Assembly (NCBI GenBank): GCA_963753435.1
Contig: CAVWCF010000001.1
Coordinates: forward strand, 544,001-608,000
Source: an uncultured Actinomycetota bacterium
Lineage (GTDB): Bacteria > Actinomycetota > Actinomycetes > CAVWCF01
DNA length: 64,000 bases
Direction of reading: 5' to 3'
Shown: one piece after another, positions 8,348 to 18,484 of the stretch
Layout of the letters: each line of letters starts with the position of its first letter
How positions within the stretch are numbered: position 1 is the first letter of the stretch
The notes under the pieces: model-generated
The model's input: only the letters and a program-made list of their open reading frames with translations
The model's database searches: none
Told to the model about the DNA's origin: nothing
Translations under genes and position numbers: made by a program

Positions 8348-10735
8348 TCAGCCGACCGGCTTGCTTTCGGACTCACCCTCGGGCGCCTGCGCGGCGGCGT
8401 CCGGCGTGGCACCGTTCGCCGCATCACCGTCCAGCGCCTCAGCGTCCAGCAGGCGGTCCTCGGCGCGAATCGCCTCCGGATCAGCCTCCAACTCAAGGTG
8501 CGGCAGCAGCCGATCCAGCCACGCCGGCAGCCACCAGTTGGCCTTGCCGATCAAGGTCATCAGCGCCGGGATGAACGTCAAGCGAATGATGAAGGCATCA
8601 AGAAGCAAGGCGGTCGCCAGCGCAAGGCCGAATAGTTTGATGCTGGGGTCGGTCTCGGCCACGAACGCCAGGAACACGCTGCTCAGGATCAGCGCCGCGG
8701 CCGCGACAACTCGGCCCGACCCGGCGACGCCGCGAAGGACCGACCTGCGGTTGTCCTGCGTGTAGCCCCACTCCTCGCGCATTCGGGACACGAGGAAGAC
8801 GTGGTAGTCCATGGACAGCCCGAACAGGATCGCGAACACGAAGATCGGGGCCCACGGTGGGATGGGGCCGGTCGCCTGGACCCCGATGAGGTCGGCGCCC
8901 CAGCCCCACTGGAAGACAGCCACGATGACGCCGATCGCCGCCCCGAAGCTGAGGACGCTCGAGAGCACACCCGTCAGCGGCACCACGACCGCGCGGAACA
9001 GAGCACCGAGGACCAGGAAGCCCAGGATGACCACGACGGTGATGAACAGGGGCAGCGCGTCCGACAGCACCTTGCCGAAGTCGGCGGTGACAGCCTGCGA
9101 GCCACCGACGAACGTCGTCGCACCACCGTTGGCCTCCGCCGCCGGAATTACGTCCACCCGCAGCCGATCCAGCAGTTCGGCCGTCTCCGCCGACTGCGGC
9201 GACGTGGTCGGGTAGGCGGTGGCGATGGCGGCGGTGGATGCGTCGATGTTCTCCACGTCGCTGGGGAAGGGGGCAGTGACCCCGGCCACCCCCGGGTCTT
9301 CCGAGACCGCCTGCGTCACGATGGCCGCACTGGCCAAGTCCCCGGGCGCGGGCAGTTCCATGACCAACAGGAACGGACCGTTGATGCCCGGGCCATAGCC
9401 CTCGCTCAGCAGTTCGTAGCCGATCCGCGGCGGGCTGCCTTCCGCACGCCCACTGGCGTCTGGGAAGCCCTGGCGGAGGCTGAACGCCGGAATGGCGACG
9501 ATGCCCATGACCAACAACGCGACCAAGACCACCGGGATGGGTCGACCCTGCACCCAATGTCCGTACTTGGCGAAGAAGGTGCCCGCGGGGCGGGCGTCCC
9601 GCCGTCGGGCCCACGGCAGCTTCCAAGCGAACGCCTTGGTCCCCATCCAGGACAGCAGCGCCGGCAGTAGCCACAAGGCGCTGAGGGCAACTGCGGTCAC
9701 CGTGAGAATCGAGGCGGTGGCCAGACCAGTGATGAAGTTGATGTTGAGAATGAATAGGCCGCCAAGTGCCGCGATCACTGTGATCGCGGCCGTGAGCACC
9801 GCTCGGCCAGACGTTTCCACCGTCTCGATCGCCGCCTCGCGCACTCCCCGGCCGGCGTCAACGGAGAACTTCTGGCGGTTAATGACGAACAGCGAGTAGT
9901 CGATCCCGACACCCAGGCCGATCATCGTGGCCAGGGTCGGGGCGAACTCGGGGATGTCGACGAACCGGGTGAAGATGGTGACTGCCGTCAGTCCGGTGAT
10001 CAGACCGAAGAGAGCAGTAACGATCGGGAGCCCGGCGGCGATCGCAGAACCGAAGAGGATCAACAGAATCAGCAGTGCCACACCGATACCGACCAACTCG
10101 GCCACGCCACCTGGCGCCTCGCCCGCAAAGTCGATGAGGGATCCCTGCACGCCCATCTGGATGCTGCCGTCGAACTCCGCGTTGGCAGCGTCAACTATCT
10201 CGATCATCTCGAGAACCTGGGCGGTGTCCACCACGTCATCGACGACCTCGAAGGTCGCGGTGGCATAGGCCACGGTGCCATCCGGGCTCACCGGCGACAG
10301 GAAGTCCCCGGCCGTCCCCGCTGGGTTTCCTTCGGCCGGGTCTGCACCCTGGGCAGCGGCGGCCTCGGCCGCCTGCGCGGCCTGCTCCTCCGCCGCTGCG
10401 GCCGCCTCCTCCGGCGTGACGACGTCGACTACGGCGTCCAGCTGACCGATCTCTTCCAGAACCGGGGCGACCGCTTCGGCGACGGCCGGGTCGGTGGCTG
10501 CGCCGGACTCTGGGCTGTAGACGATCCGGACTTCGCTGTCGAAACCGCTGGCCGCCCCGAACTCCTCCGTCAGGAGGTCCTGGGCCGACTTGCTCTCCGT
10601 GTCCGGCAACTCGAAGGAGTCGTTGAACTCACCGGCGAACCTGCCCGCGAGAACGAAGATCAGCGCCATGAACGCAAACCACATCAATACTGCGGTCTTC
10701 GGGCGGTTGACAGCGAAACGGGAAAGGGGGCCCAT
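8348..10735 (-). CDS. MMPL family (RND superfamily) membrane transporter
   Basis: Two repeats of a single TM plus loop plus five TMs; GLGVGIDYSLF and FGLSMDYHVFLVSRMREE motifs; C-terminal NWWLPAWLDRLLP; GGAGG RBS. Confidence 0.93.
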   Translation of the reverse strand: MGPLSRFAVNRPKTAVLMWFAFMALIFVLAGRFAGEFNDSFELPDTESKSAQDLLTEEFGAASGFDSEVRIVYSPESGAATDPAVAEAVAPVLEEIGQLDAVVDVVTPEEAAAAAEEQAAQAAEAAAAQGADPAEGNPAGTAGDFLSPVSPDGTVAYATATFEVVDDVVDTAQVLEMIEIVDAANAEFDGSIQMGVQGSLIDFAGEAPGGVAELVGIGVALLILLILFGSAIAAGLPIVTALFGLITGLTAVTIFTRFVDIPEFAPTLATMIGLGVGIDYSLFVINRQKFSVDAGRGVREAAIETVETSGRAVLTAAITVIAALGGLFILNINFITGLATASILTVTAVALSALWLLPALLSWMGTKAFAWKLPWARRRDARPAGTFFAKYGHWVQGRPIPVVLVALLVMGIVAIPAFSLRQGFPDASGRAEGSPPRIGYELLSEGYGPGINGPFLLVMELPAPGDLASAAIVTQAVSEDPGVAGVTAPFPSDVENIDASTAAIATAYPTTSPQSAETAELLDRLRVDVIPAAEANGGATTFVGGSQAVTADFGKVLSDALPLFITVVVILGFLVLGALFRAVVVPLTGVLSSVLSFGAAIGVIVAVFQWGWGADLIGVQATGPIPPWAPIFVFAILFGLSMDYHVFLVSRMREEWGYTQDNRRSVLRGVAGSGRVVAAAALILSSVFLAFVAETDPSIKLFGLALATALLLDAFIIRLTFIPALMTLIGKANWWLPAWLDRLLPHLELEADPEAIRAEDRLLDAEALDGDAANGATPDAAAQAPEGESESKPVG

Positions 10736-10867
10736 CAGGGTTCCTCCGGAGCTAAGCGGCGGCGACTTTGCGGCTGGACGGGGATGAGACTTCCGTCCAC
10801 AACGATTGATGAACCTACAACATTCCTGGTCCAGGCCTCACGCACGCTCGCACCCCTCCAGGGAGCC

Positions 10868-11398
10868 TCAAACCCGCGACTCAGCGACCTCTTCGGCGAT
10901 CACCGCGGCCACCACTTCGTACACCAGCGCCGCCGGATACCCCTTGCGGGCCAGGTAGCCGGCCAGTCTGCGTCGTTGCACGTCCGCAGGTAGTCCACGT
11001 AGTGACCCCAGCCGCCGCGCAGCCAGCCGGTGCGCCGTAGCCCGCTCGACGTCCGGCTCCAAGTCGCTGAGGGCGGCCTCGATCTGCTCCGGGCTCACCC
11101 CTTTGGTCCTGAGTTCGTGAGCCAGCGCCCGTCGCGCCAAGCCGCGACCGGTGTGCCGGGACTCGACCCAGTCCATCGCGAAGCGGCCGTCGTCGATGAG
11201 GCCAACCTCACAGAATCGGTCAAGGACACGGTCCGCGGCATCGGTCGGGACACCGCGGCGGGCCAACAACTCGGCCAACTGCGACCTCGTGGCCGGCGAC
11301 CTGGTCAGACGCTGCAACAGAATCGCGCGCGCCACCGACTCGGGATCGCTGGTACCGAAATCCGCCTCGACCGGGCCCGCCGCACCGGGCTCCGGCAT
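10868..11398 (-). CDS. recX: Regulatory protein RecX
   Basis: Directly downstream of recA; GLIDD.RFA..WV, ELRTKGV and YLARKGY helical repeats. Confidence 0.93.
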   Translation of the reverse strand: MPEPGAAGPVEADFGTSDPESVARAILLQRLTRSPATRSQLAELLARRGVPTDAADRVLDRFCEVGLIDDGRFAMDWVESRHTGRGLARRALAHELRTKGVSPEQIEAALSDLEPDVERATAHRLAARRLGSLRGLPADVQRRRLAGYLARKGYPAALVYEVVAAVIAEEVAESRV

Positions 11399-11401
11399 GG
11401 C

Positions 11402-12442
11402 TCAGAACTCCTGGGCGTCAGCGGGCTCGTCCACCTTGGCGCCGATGCCCATTTGCTCCTTGAGGCGCTTCTCCAGCTCATCAGCCAAGTCCGGGTTGTC
11501 CAGGAGGAAGGTCCGGGCGTTCTCCTTGCCCTGGCCCAACTGATCTCCCTCGTAGGTGTACCAGGCGCCGGACTTACGGACGAGACCACAATCGACGCCG
11601 AGGTCGATCAAGCCACCTTCACGAGAGATGCCGTGCCCGTAAAGGATGTCGAACTCTGCCTGCTTGAAGGGCGGGGCCATCTTGTTCTTGACGACCTTGA
11701 CCCGGGTCCGGTTGCCGACCGGGTTGGTGCCGTCCTTGAGTGTCTCGATGCGGCGCACGTCGAGGCGCACGCTGGAGTAGAACTTCAGGGCGCGCCCACC
11801 AGTCGTCGTCTCCGGCGAACCGAACATCACGCCGATCTTCTCCCGCAACTGGTTGATGAAGATGGCGGTGGTCCCGGACTGGCTCAGCGCACCGGTCATC
11901 TTTCGCAGTGCTTGGCTCATCAACCGCGCTTGCAGCCCGACATGGCTGTCGCCCATCTCGCCTTCGATCTCTGCTCGCGGCACCAATGCCGCGACCGAGT
12001 CGATGACCATGATGTCCAGGGCTCCGGAACGAACCAGCATGTCCGCGATCTCCAGGGCCTGCTCGCCGGTGTCCGGTTGGCTGACCAGTAGGGCGTCGGT
12101 ATCTACGCCCAACCTGCCGGCGTAATCCGGATCCAGCGCGTGCTCAGCGTCAATGAAGGCGGCGATGCCACCGGCCCGTTGCACGCTGGCAACGGCATGC
12201 AGCGCGACAGTGGTCTTACCGGAGGACTCCGGACCATAGATCTCGACGACCCGGCCGCGCGGCAGCCCACCGATGCCCAGGGCAACGTCCAAGGAGATCG
12301 CGCCGGTGGGGATGACCTCTACGGGCGCGCGGGTCTCATCACCCAGTCGCATCACCGACCCCTTGCCGAACTGGCGCTCAATCTGAGCCAGGGCGGTGTC
12401 TAGGGCCTTGTCGCGGTCTTGGGAGCGGTCGGCTGGAGCCAT
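11402..12442 (-). CDS. recA: Recombinase RecA (no intein)
   Basis: [23 protein letters not shown] and [28 protein letters not shown]; GGAGG RBS before ATG 12442. Confidence 0.99.
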   Translation of the reverse strand: MAPADRSQDRDKALDTALAQIERQFGKGSVMRLGDETRAPVEVIPTGAISLDVALGIGGLPRGRVVEIYGPESSGKTTVALHAVASVQRAGGIAAFIDAEHALDPDYAGRLGVDTDALLVSQPDTGEQALEIADMLVRSGALDIMVIDSVAALVPRAEIEGEMGDSHVGLQARLMSQALRKMTGALSQSGTTAIFINQLREKIGVMFGSPETTTGGRALKFYSSVRLDVRRIETLKDGTNPVGNRTRVKVVKNKMAPPFKQAEFDILYGHGISREGGLIDLGVDCGLVRKSGAWYTYEGDQLGQGKENARTFLLDNPDLADELEKRLKEQMGIGAKVDEPADAQEF

Positions 12443-12494
12443 TGGGAACCTCCGGGTGGTCGGCTTTGCGCTGTTAATCAACGGCGCGAGCCGG

Positions 12495-12516
12495 ACGTTA
12501 GGGATCGGGTCCGACA
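12495..12516 (-). promoter_or_regulatory. PafBC-activated (RecA-NDp type) DNA-damage promoter of recA
   Basis: Minus strand reads TGTCGG-ACCCGATCCC-TAACGT, an exact match to the TGTCGG-N10-TA-N3-T motif, about 50 bp upstream of recA. Confidence 0.85.
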
Positions 12517-12634
12517 GTCGGGCGGCGAAGCGATGGGCTGTGCATGACGGGACCGGGCATCCCGCCGTGGACGACCGGGCCGTGGACTACTGGGTGGTGC
12601 TGGAACGGGCGCCTGCGGCTCAAACACGAAGCGG

Positions 12635-12657
12635 ACGCTATCCGAACAGATGTTCGA
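12635..12657 (-). promoter_or_regulatory. LexA (SOS) box with adjacent -10 element of the distal recA promoter
   Basis: Minus strand TCGAAC-ATCT-GTTCGG (12642-12657), one mismatch to the actinobacterial TCGAAC-N4-GTTCGA consensus, followed by TAGCGT. Confidence 0.88.
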
Positions 12658-12676
12658 ACGCACTGCGACACGCCGC

Positions 12677-12871
12677 TCAACGTTCCCCCGGCGGCACCCC
12701 CAGTGCATCAGCTGCCGCCCGCCAGACCACGACCGCGTCGTAACCGGCCGCCAAGGCGTCCACAACCGTCCGCTCGCCCAGCTGCGACAGCACGAAGTCC
12801 CGGGACCAGGAGTCGGCGTACTCAGTCCCGAGCCGGCTGGCCAGCCGTTCATGCAGTTCGGTCAGACGCAC
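12677..12871 (-). CDS. DUF3046 family small protein
   Basis: VRLTELHERL...YADSWSRDFVLSQLGERTVVDAL.AG.D...VWRA matches the small protein commonly found upstream of actinobacterial recA; GTG 6 nt after TATGGT. Confidence 0.88.
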   Translation of the reverse strand: MRLTELHERLASRLGTEYADSWSRDFVLSQLGERTVVDALAAGYDAVVVWRAAADALGVPPGER

Positions 12872-12908
12872 CGGGCCACCATAAGAGCCACTGCTCCATG
12901 ATGGGCGG

Positions 12909-15900
12909 GTGCCATCGGCCCAAATCCCCGCGCTGGCGCCGTTCAGTGCGCCCACCCGCGAGTGGTTCGCGGCCGCCTTGGGCGAACCAACGCCGGTACA
13001 GGAGCAGACCTGGGCCAGCGTCGGGGCCGGGGCGCACACGTTGGCCATCGCACCGACCGGGTCGGGCAAGACGCTGGCCGCATTCCTCTGGTCCCTGGAC
13101 CAACTCCTGGCCGGGGCGGCCCAGGACGGCACGACGGTCGTATACGTGTCGCCCCTGAAGGCCCTGGCCGCCGACATCGAGCGCAACCTGCGGGCCCCCC
13201 TGGTCGGCATCAACCGGACGGCGCAACTGCTCGGGATCGATACGCCGCCGGTCACCGTCGGCGTCCGGACCGGGGACACCTCGGCTGCGGATCGACGTCA
13301 GATGGCGCGGACACCACCGGACATCCTCATCACCACGCCGGAGTCGCTGTATCTGCTCCTCACCTCTGCGGCCCGGGCGACGCTGACAGCGGTCAAGACC
13401 GTCATCGTGGACGAAATCCATGCGGTTGCCGGCACCAAACGCGGCGCGCACCTGGCGGTGTCGTTGGAGCGACTGGACGCGGCACTGCCGGTCCCGGCCC
13501 AGCGGATCGGCCTGTCCGCCACGGTCGCGCCGGCGCCGACGGTGGCCGGTTTTCTCGGCGGCAGCCAGCCGGTGCGCATAGTGCAGCCGCCGACCGGACG
13601 ACAGGTGGAACTGAGCGTTCGGGCACCGGTCCAAGACATGGCAGCACCACCGCAACTGGATGACGAACGGGGGCCATCCATCTGGCCCCACCTCGAAGAG
13701 CAGGTAGTGGATCTGGTCGCCGCGGCGCGGTCGAGTTTGGTGTTCGCCAACTCCCGCCGGCTGGCGGAGCGGCTGAGCGCGCGCCTCAACGAGATAGCCG
13801 AAGAACGTGGCCTGCTGCCGGCACCGTTGGCACGACCCCACCACGGCTCCATGAGTCGCAGCGAACGCAAGCAGGTCGAGGAGGAACTGAAGGCCGGGCG
13901 GCTGCCCGCGGTGGTGGCAACCAGCAGCCTCGAACTCGGCATCGACATGGGCGCTGTCGATCTGGTGATCCAGGTGGAACCACCTCCGTCGGTCGCGTCG
14001 GGGCTGCAACGCGTTGGCCGGGCCGGGCATCAGGTCGGGGCCACGTCCACAGGAGTGCTGTTCCCCAAGCATCGCGGCGACCTGCTCCCGACGGCGGTGA
14101 CCGTGGAACGCATGCGCGACGGCGCGATAGAGCCGCTCACCCCACCGCAGCATCCCCTGGACGTACTCGCCCAGCAGGTGGTGGCAATGGTCGCCATGGA
14201 CGACTGGGCGGTCGATGACCTACTCGCGCTGCTGCGCCGTGCGTACCCATATAGGGAACTGCCGACAAGCGCCTACGACGCCGTGGTCGACATGCTCTCC
14301 GGTCGCTATCCGTCCGACGCTTTCGCCCAGCTGCGGCCACGAATCCTGTGGGACCGGGCGTCCGGCGTCCTGTCGGCACGGCCGGGGGCGCAACGGCTGG
14401 CCGTGACCAGCGGCGGAACCATCCCCGACCGCGGCCTGTTCGGCGTGCACCTGGTCGACGGCGGCCGGGTCGGCGAGCTCGATGAGGAGATGGTCTACGA
14501 GTCCCGGATCGGGGACGTCTTCACCCTCGGCTCCACCTCCTGGCGCATCGAGGAAATCACCCGCGACCGGGTAATGGTGTCCGCGGCGCCCGGGGTGCCC
14601 GGGCGGATGCCGTTCTGGCACGGCGACAAGCCAGCGCGCCCGGCCGAACTGGGTCGACAGATCGGCCGCTTCACCCGCGAAGTGGGCGGTGCCGACGAGG
14701 CAACGGCCCGAGCCCGAGTGCTCAGCGCGGGCCTCGACGATGCGGCGGCGGCAAACCTGCTCAACTACCTGGCCGAGCAGCGGCAGGCGACCGGGCACCT
14801 GCCCGATGACCGGACCGTGGTCCTGGAGCAGTTCCGCGACGAACTCGGCGACTGGCGCGTGGTGGTGCACACGCCGCTAGGGGCAGCAGTAACCGCGCCC
14901 TGGGCGTTGCTGGTCGGAGCCCGGATTCGGCAGCGATACGCGACGGAACCACAGATCGCGCACAGCGACGACGGGTTCGTGCTGCGTCTGCCCGACGCCG
15001 ACACCGAACTCGACCTCACGGATCTGCTGCTCTTCGACCCCGAAGAGGTCGCCGACGCGGTCACCGCCGAGATCGGCACATCAGCGCTGTTCGGGGCCAG
15101 GTTCCGCGAGGCGGCGGGACGTTCACTGCTGCTGCCGCGGCGGGACCCGCGGACCCGACAGCCGCTTTGGCAGCAACGGCAGCGGGCGGCGCAACTGCTT
15201 TCGGTGGCGAGTGAGTTCCCGACCTTCCCGATCGTCCTCGAAGCCGTTCGCGAGTGCTTGCAGGACGTCTACGACGTCCCCGAGTTGATCGATCTGATGC
15301 GACGGCTGGCCGATCGCCGGATGAACCTGGTGCTGGCCCGCACCGCACAGGCGTCGCCGTTCGCCCGCAGCCTCCTGTACGGGTACGTGGCTGCCTTCCT
15401 CTACGAAGGCGACGCCCCACTGGCCGAGCGCCGGGCGCAAGCGCTGTCACTGGACGCGACGCTGCTGGCCGAACTCCTGGGGCGAGCCGAGTTGCGCGAA
15501 CTCCTGGACCCCGCCGTTCTCGCCGACACCGAAGCACAACTGCAGCGGCTCACAGCGGATCGAATGGCACGCGACGTGGAGGAGGCTGCGGATCTGCTGC
15601 GTTTGCTCGGCCCCCTGACCGAGACCGCAGCCGCGGCGCGAGGTGTGCAGCCGGAATGGCTGGAGGAACTCCTGCGGGCCCGCCGGGCGATCCGCGTGCG
15701 AGTGGCCGAGCAGGACTGCGTCGCCGCCGTCGAGGACGCCGCCCGGCTCCGCGACGGGCTGGGAGTGGCCCTGCCCACCGGGCTACCGGAGGCGTTCACC
15801 GAGCCCGTCGCCGATCCACTGGGTGACCTGGTCTCGCGTTACGCGCGGACCCACGGGCCCTTCACCGCCATCGAAGCCGCGGCAACGTTGGGGCTGGGCA

Positions 15901-17297
15901 GCGCCGTGGTCGAACCGGCGCTGGCCGCGTTGGCGCGCTCCGGCCGCCTCGTATCCGGGGAGTTTCGGCCCGGAGCTTCCGGGCTGGAATGGTGCGACTC
16001 AGGCGTACTGCGCCTGGTTCGCCAGCGCTCGCTGGCCGCGCTGCGACGCGAAGCTGAGCCGGTTGAGCAAGCCGAGTTGGGTCGGTTCCTGCCGGCGTGG
16101 CAGGGAGTCGGCGGCATGGTGCGCGGCGCTGAAGGCGTCCTGCGCGTTGTGGAACAACTCGAGGGTGCGGCGCTGCCGGTCTCCGCGCTGGAAACGCTGA
16201 TCCTGCCTAGCCGGGTCGTCGACTACTCCCCCGCCGCGTTGGACGAACTGACCTCGGCCGGGGAGGTGCGCTGGTGTGGCCGAGGCGCCCTGCCCGGAGG
16301 TGACGGATGGGTGAGCCTGCATCTGGCTGAATCGGCGCCACTGACCCTGCCGGTGATCGGCGATGCTCCCGACGGTGCCCGCCATCGGGCGATCCTCGAT
16401 GCCTTGGGCGCGCGCGACGCGCAGTTCTTCGCCGACCTCTTGGAGGTACTGGCCGACGATGACCCGCAATCGGTCGATCACGCCCTCTGGGACTTGGTGT
16501 GGGCCGGACTGGTCACCAACGACAGCCTGGCCCCCCTGCGGTCGGCCATCGCCGGCCCCAAGTCCCGCGGATCTGCCCGAACCGCGGCGGCGCCCAATCG
16601 GTACCGGCGGGGTCGGGCCGGAGCCCCGAGAGTGCTGCAGCGACACCTGACCGGCCGCTGGAGTCTGCTGCCCGCGCGCGACCTCGACCCGACCCGACGC
16701 GGACTGCTGACTGCGGAACTACTCCTGGACCGTCATGGCGTGCTGACCCGTGGCGCGGTAGCTGCGGAGAGCGTCCCCGGAGGCTTCGCGGCCATGTACC
16801 GCGTGCTGTCCGCCCTTGAGGAGTCCGGACGGTGTCGGCGCATCTACGCCGTCGCCGGGCTCGGGGCGGCGCAGTTCGCCGCGCCCGGAGCCGTGGACCG
16901 CCTGCGGGCGGGTGCGGACCGCAGCTCGAAGACCGTGGTGCTGGCCGCCGCCGACCCCGCCAACCCGTTCGGCGCGGGCCTGCCCTGGCCGGCCGCACCC
17001 GCTGAACAGGGCCACCGACCCGGACGCAAGGCCGGGGCCCTCGTGGTCGTGGTGGACGGCGAAGCCGTCTTGTACGTAGAGCGCGGCGGCCGCTCCCTGA
17101 TTTCGTTCACCAAGTCCGAGACGGCCCTCGGCCTGGCCGCAGATGCGCTGGCTCTGGCCGTTCGTGAGGGGGCGCTAGGCGCGCTGACCGTCGAACGCGC
17201 GGATGGCACCGGGACCCTTGCGGGCGGTGTCGTGGCTCAAGCTCTGCAGCGCGCCGGATTCACCCCGACGCCGCGCGGCCTGCGACTACGTTCCTGA
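12909..17297 (+). CDS. lhr: ATP-dependent helicase Lhr (long form with C-terminal winged-helix/glycosylase-like region)
   Basis: APTGSGKT, DEIH, SAT, HHGS, TSSLELGID and QRVGRAGH SF2 motifs; 1462 aa; C-terminal AADPANPFG and GFTPTPRGLR. Confidence 0.95.
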   Translation: MPSAQIPALAPFSAPTREWFAAALGEPTPVQEQTWASVGAGAHTLAIAPTGSGKTLAAFLWSLDQLLAGAAQDGTTVVYVSPLKALAADIERNLRAPLVGINRTAQLLGIDTPPVTVGVRTGDTSAADRRQMARTPPDILITTPESLYLLLTSAARATLTAVKTVIVDEIHAVAGTKRGAHLAVSLERLDAALPVPAQRIGLSATVAPAPTVAGFLGGSQPVRIVQPPTGRQVELSVRAPVQDMAAPPQLDDERGPSIWPHLEEQVVDLVAAARSSLVFANSRRLAERLSARLNEIAEERGLLPAPLARPHHGSMSRSERKQVEEELKAGRLPAVVATSSLELGIDMGAVDLVIQVEPPPSVASGLQRVGRAGHQVGATSTGVLFPKHRGDLLPTAVTVERMRDGAIEPLTPPQHPLDVLAQQVVAMVAMDDWAVDDLLALLRRAYPYRELPTSAYDAVVDMLSGRYPSDAFAQLRPRILWDRASGVLSARPGAQRLAVTSGGTIPDRGLFGVHLVDGGRVGELDEEMVYESRIGDVFTLGSTSWRIEEITRDRVMVSAAPGVPGRMPFWHGDKPARPAELGRQIGRFTREVGGADEATARARVLSAGLDDAAAANLLNYLAEQRQATGHLPDDRTVVLEQFRDELGDWRVVVHTPLGAAVTAPWALLVGARIRQRYATEPQIAHSDDGFVLRLPDADTELDLTDLLLFDPEEVADAVTAEIGTSALFGARFREAAGRSLLLPRRDPRTRQPLWQQRQRAAQLLSVASEFPTFPIVLEAVRECLQDVYDVPELIDLMRRLADRRMNLVLARTAQASPFARSLLYGYVAAFLYEGDAPLAERRAQALSLDATLLAELLGRAELRELLDPAVLADTEAQLQRLTADRMARDVEEAADLLRLLGPLTETAAAARGVQPEWLEELLRARRAIRVRVAEQDCVAAVEDAARLRDGLGVALPTGLPEAFTEPVADPLGDLVSRYARTHGPFTAIEAAATLGLGSAVVEPALAALARSGRLVSGEFRPGASGLEWCDSGVLRLVRQRSLAALRREAEPVEQAELGRFLPAWQGVGGMVRGAEGVLRVVEQLEGAALPVSALETLILPSRVVDYSPAALDELTSAGEVRWCGRGALPGGDGWVSLHLAESAPLTLPVIGDAPDGARHRAILDALGARDAQFFADLLEVLADDDPQSVDHALWDLVWAGLVTNDSLAPLRSAIAGPKSRGSARTAAAPNRYRRGRAGAPRVLQRHLTGRWSLLPARDLDPTRRGLLTAELLLDRHGVLTRGAVAAESVPGGFAAMYRVLSALEESGRCRRIYAVAGLGAAQFAAPGAVDRLRAGADRSSKTVVLAAADPANPFGAGLPWPAAPAEQGHRPGRKAGALVVVVDGEAVLYVERGGRSLISFTKSETALGLAADALALAVREGALGALTVERADGTGTLAGGVVAQALQRAGFTPTPRGLRLRS

Positions 17298-18149
17298 CGC
17301 GGCCAGACGCTGCACGTACTCCCGGAACCGCGTGGCCGGTCGCGCGAGCAACCACTCCAGCACATGTGGGTTGCCCAGGAAGCCATGAGCGTCGTAGTGG
17401 GCGTTCATGACTCGCATCTGCTCGACGCGATCTGCGGACGCACCCGCGGCCTGCGCCGCAGCGACCATGTCCGCTTCGCTGACCCGCACGGCCGCGACCT
17501 CTCGGTCAAGGACATCGGCGCACACCGCCGCCATGTCCCGTGTCGACAATGACTCGGGGCCGGCCAGTTCGTAGGTGGCGTACCGGTGCGCCGGGTCAGC
17601 CGCCACCAGCGTGACGGCAGCCGCGAGGTCCTCCAGGTCGACCACGTTGAAGCGCGCATCCGTGCGAAACGGGAAGCCCAGGACACCCTCGTCGCGTACT
17701 CGGCTCCACTGCGGCGTCACATGCTGCATGTAGCGAGCCGGTTGCAGGATCGTGTACGGCAAGCCCGACTCGACGACCGCTTCCTCCGCCTCCAGCTTCA
17801 GACGGTGGTGGCGGACCTCCCGCCGTAACGGATGCATCACCGAGTAGTAGACGAATTCGGCGCCGCCGGCGGCGGCTGCAGCCAGGGCGTTGCCCGTCAT
17901 CTCCACCTCGGCCGGATGCATCGGCGGGCCGATGTGCACCACGACGTCCACTCCGGCCACGGCTGCCAGAAGCGACTCGCGATCAGCCAGATCGCCGACG
18001 GCAACATCCTTCGCCCCCGCCGACCGGACTGCTGACTCCTTGCCGGGGTCGCGGATGAATGCACGTACGCGATGCCCGGCAGCGTCCGCTGCCGCGAGAA
18101 CGGCACGTCCAGTGCGGCCGGCCGCACCGGTAACCAGGATGGAGGTCAT
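17286..18149 (-). CDS. NmrA-family NAD(P)-binding oxidoreductase
   Basis: ILVTGAAGRTG Rossmann motif, SGLPYTILQP and YELAGPE. Confidence 0.85.
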   Translation of the reverse strand: MTSILVTGAAGRTGRAVLAAADAAGHRVRAFIRDPGKESAVRSAGAKDVAVGDLADRESLLAAVAGVDVVVHIGPPMHPAEVEMTGNALAAAAAGGAEFVYYSVMHPLRREVRHHRLKLEAEEAVVESGLPYTILQPARYMQHVTPQWSRVRDEGVLGFPFRTDARFNVVDLEDLAAAVTLVAADPAHRYATYELAGPESLSTRDMAAVCADVLDREVAAVRVSEADMVAAAQAAGASADRVEQMRVMNAHYDAHGFLGNPHVLEWLLARPATRFREYVQRLAASGT

Positions 18150-18176
18150 GCTGGATATGAGTTGGGGGCCGGAAGG

Positions 18177-18458
18177 TCAGGCAGCAACTCGGGCTCGCGG
18201 CTGTGGCATCACGCCGATCCCGCCTTCAGGTCTCGCCATCTGCACGCTGACCGACATGAGGACCTGCGACAGCGGAACCTCCAAGGCGCCACAGATGGCA
18301 CCTAGGAGTTCGCTGGATGCCTCTTTCTGACCGCGTTCCACCTCGGACAGATAGCCGAGTGAGACCCGCGCGGCAGCGGACACCTGGCGAAGCGTGCGGC
18401 CCTGCGCCTGCCGGCGACGCCGCAACTCCTCACCCAGGACTTCCCGAAGCAACTGCAT
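18177..18458 (-). CDS. clgR: XRE-family transcriptional activator ClgR
   Basis: [46 protein letters not shown]; canonical position downstream of cinA. Confidence 0.9.
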   Translation of the reverse strand: MQLLREVLGEELRRRRQAQGRTLRQVSAAARVSLGYLSEVERGQKEASSELLGAICGALEVPLSQVLMSVSVQMARPEGGIGVMPQPRARVAA

Positions 18459-18484
18459 CCGGCGTGCCCCTTCCGTCTCTACTC

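Noticed and set aside
11402-12442. Possible intein in recA
   Set aside because: The protein has normal length and continuous RecA motifs.
12677-13279. 200-aa minus-strand ORF overlapping lhr
   Set aside because: Only the last 64 codons (DUF3046) look coding; the rest is antisense to lhr.
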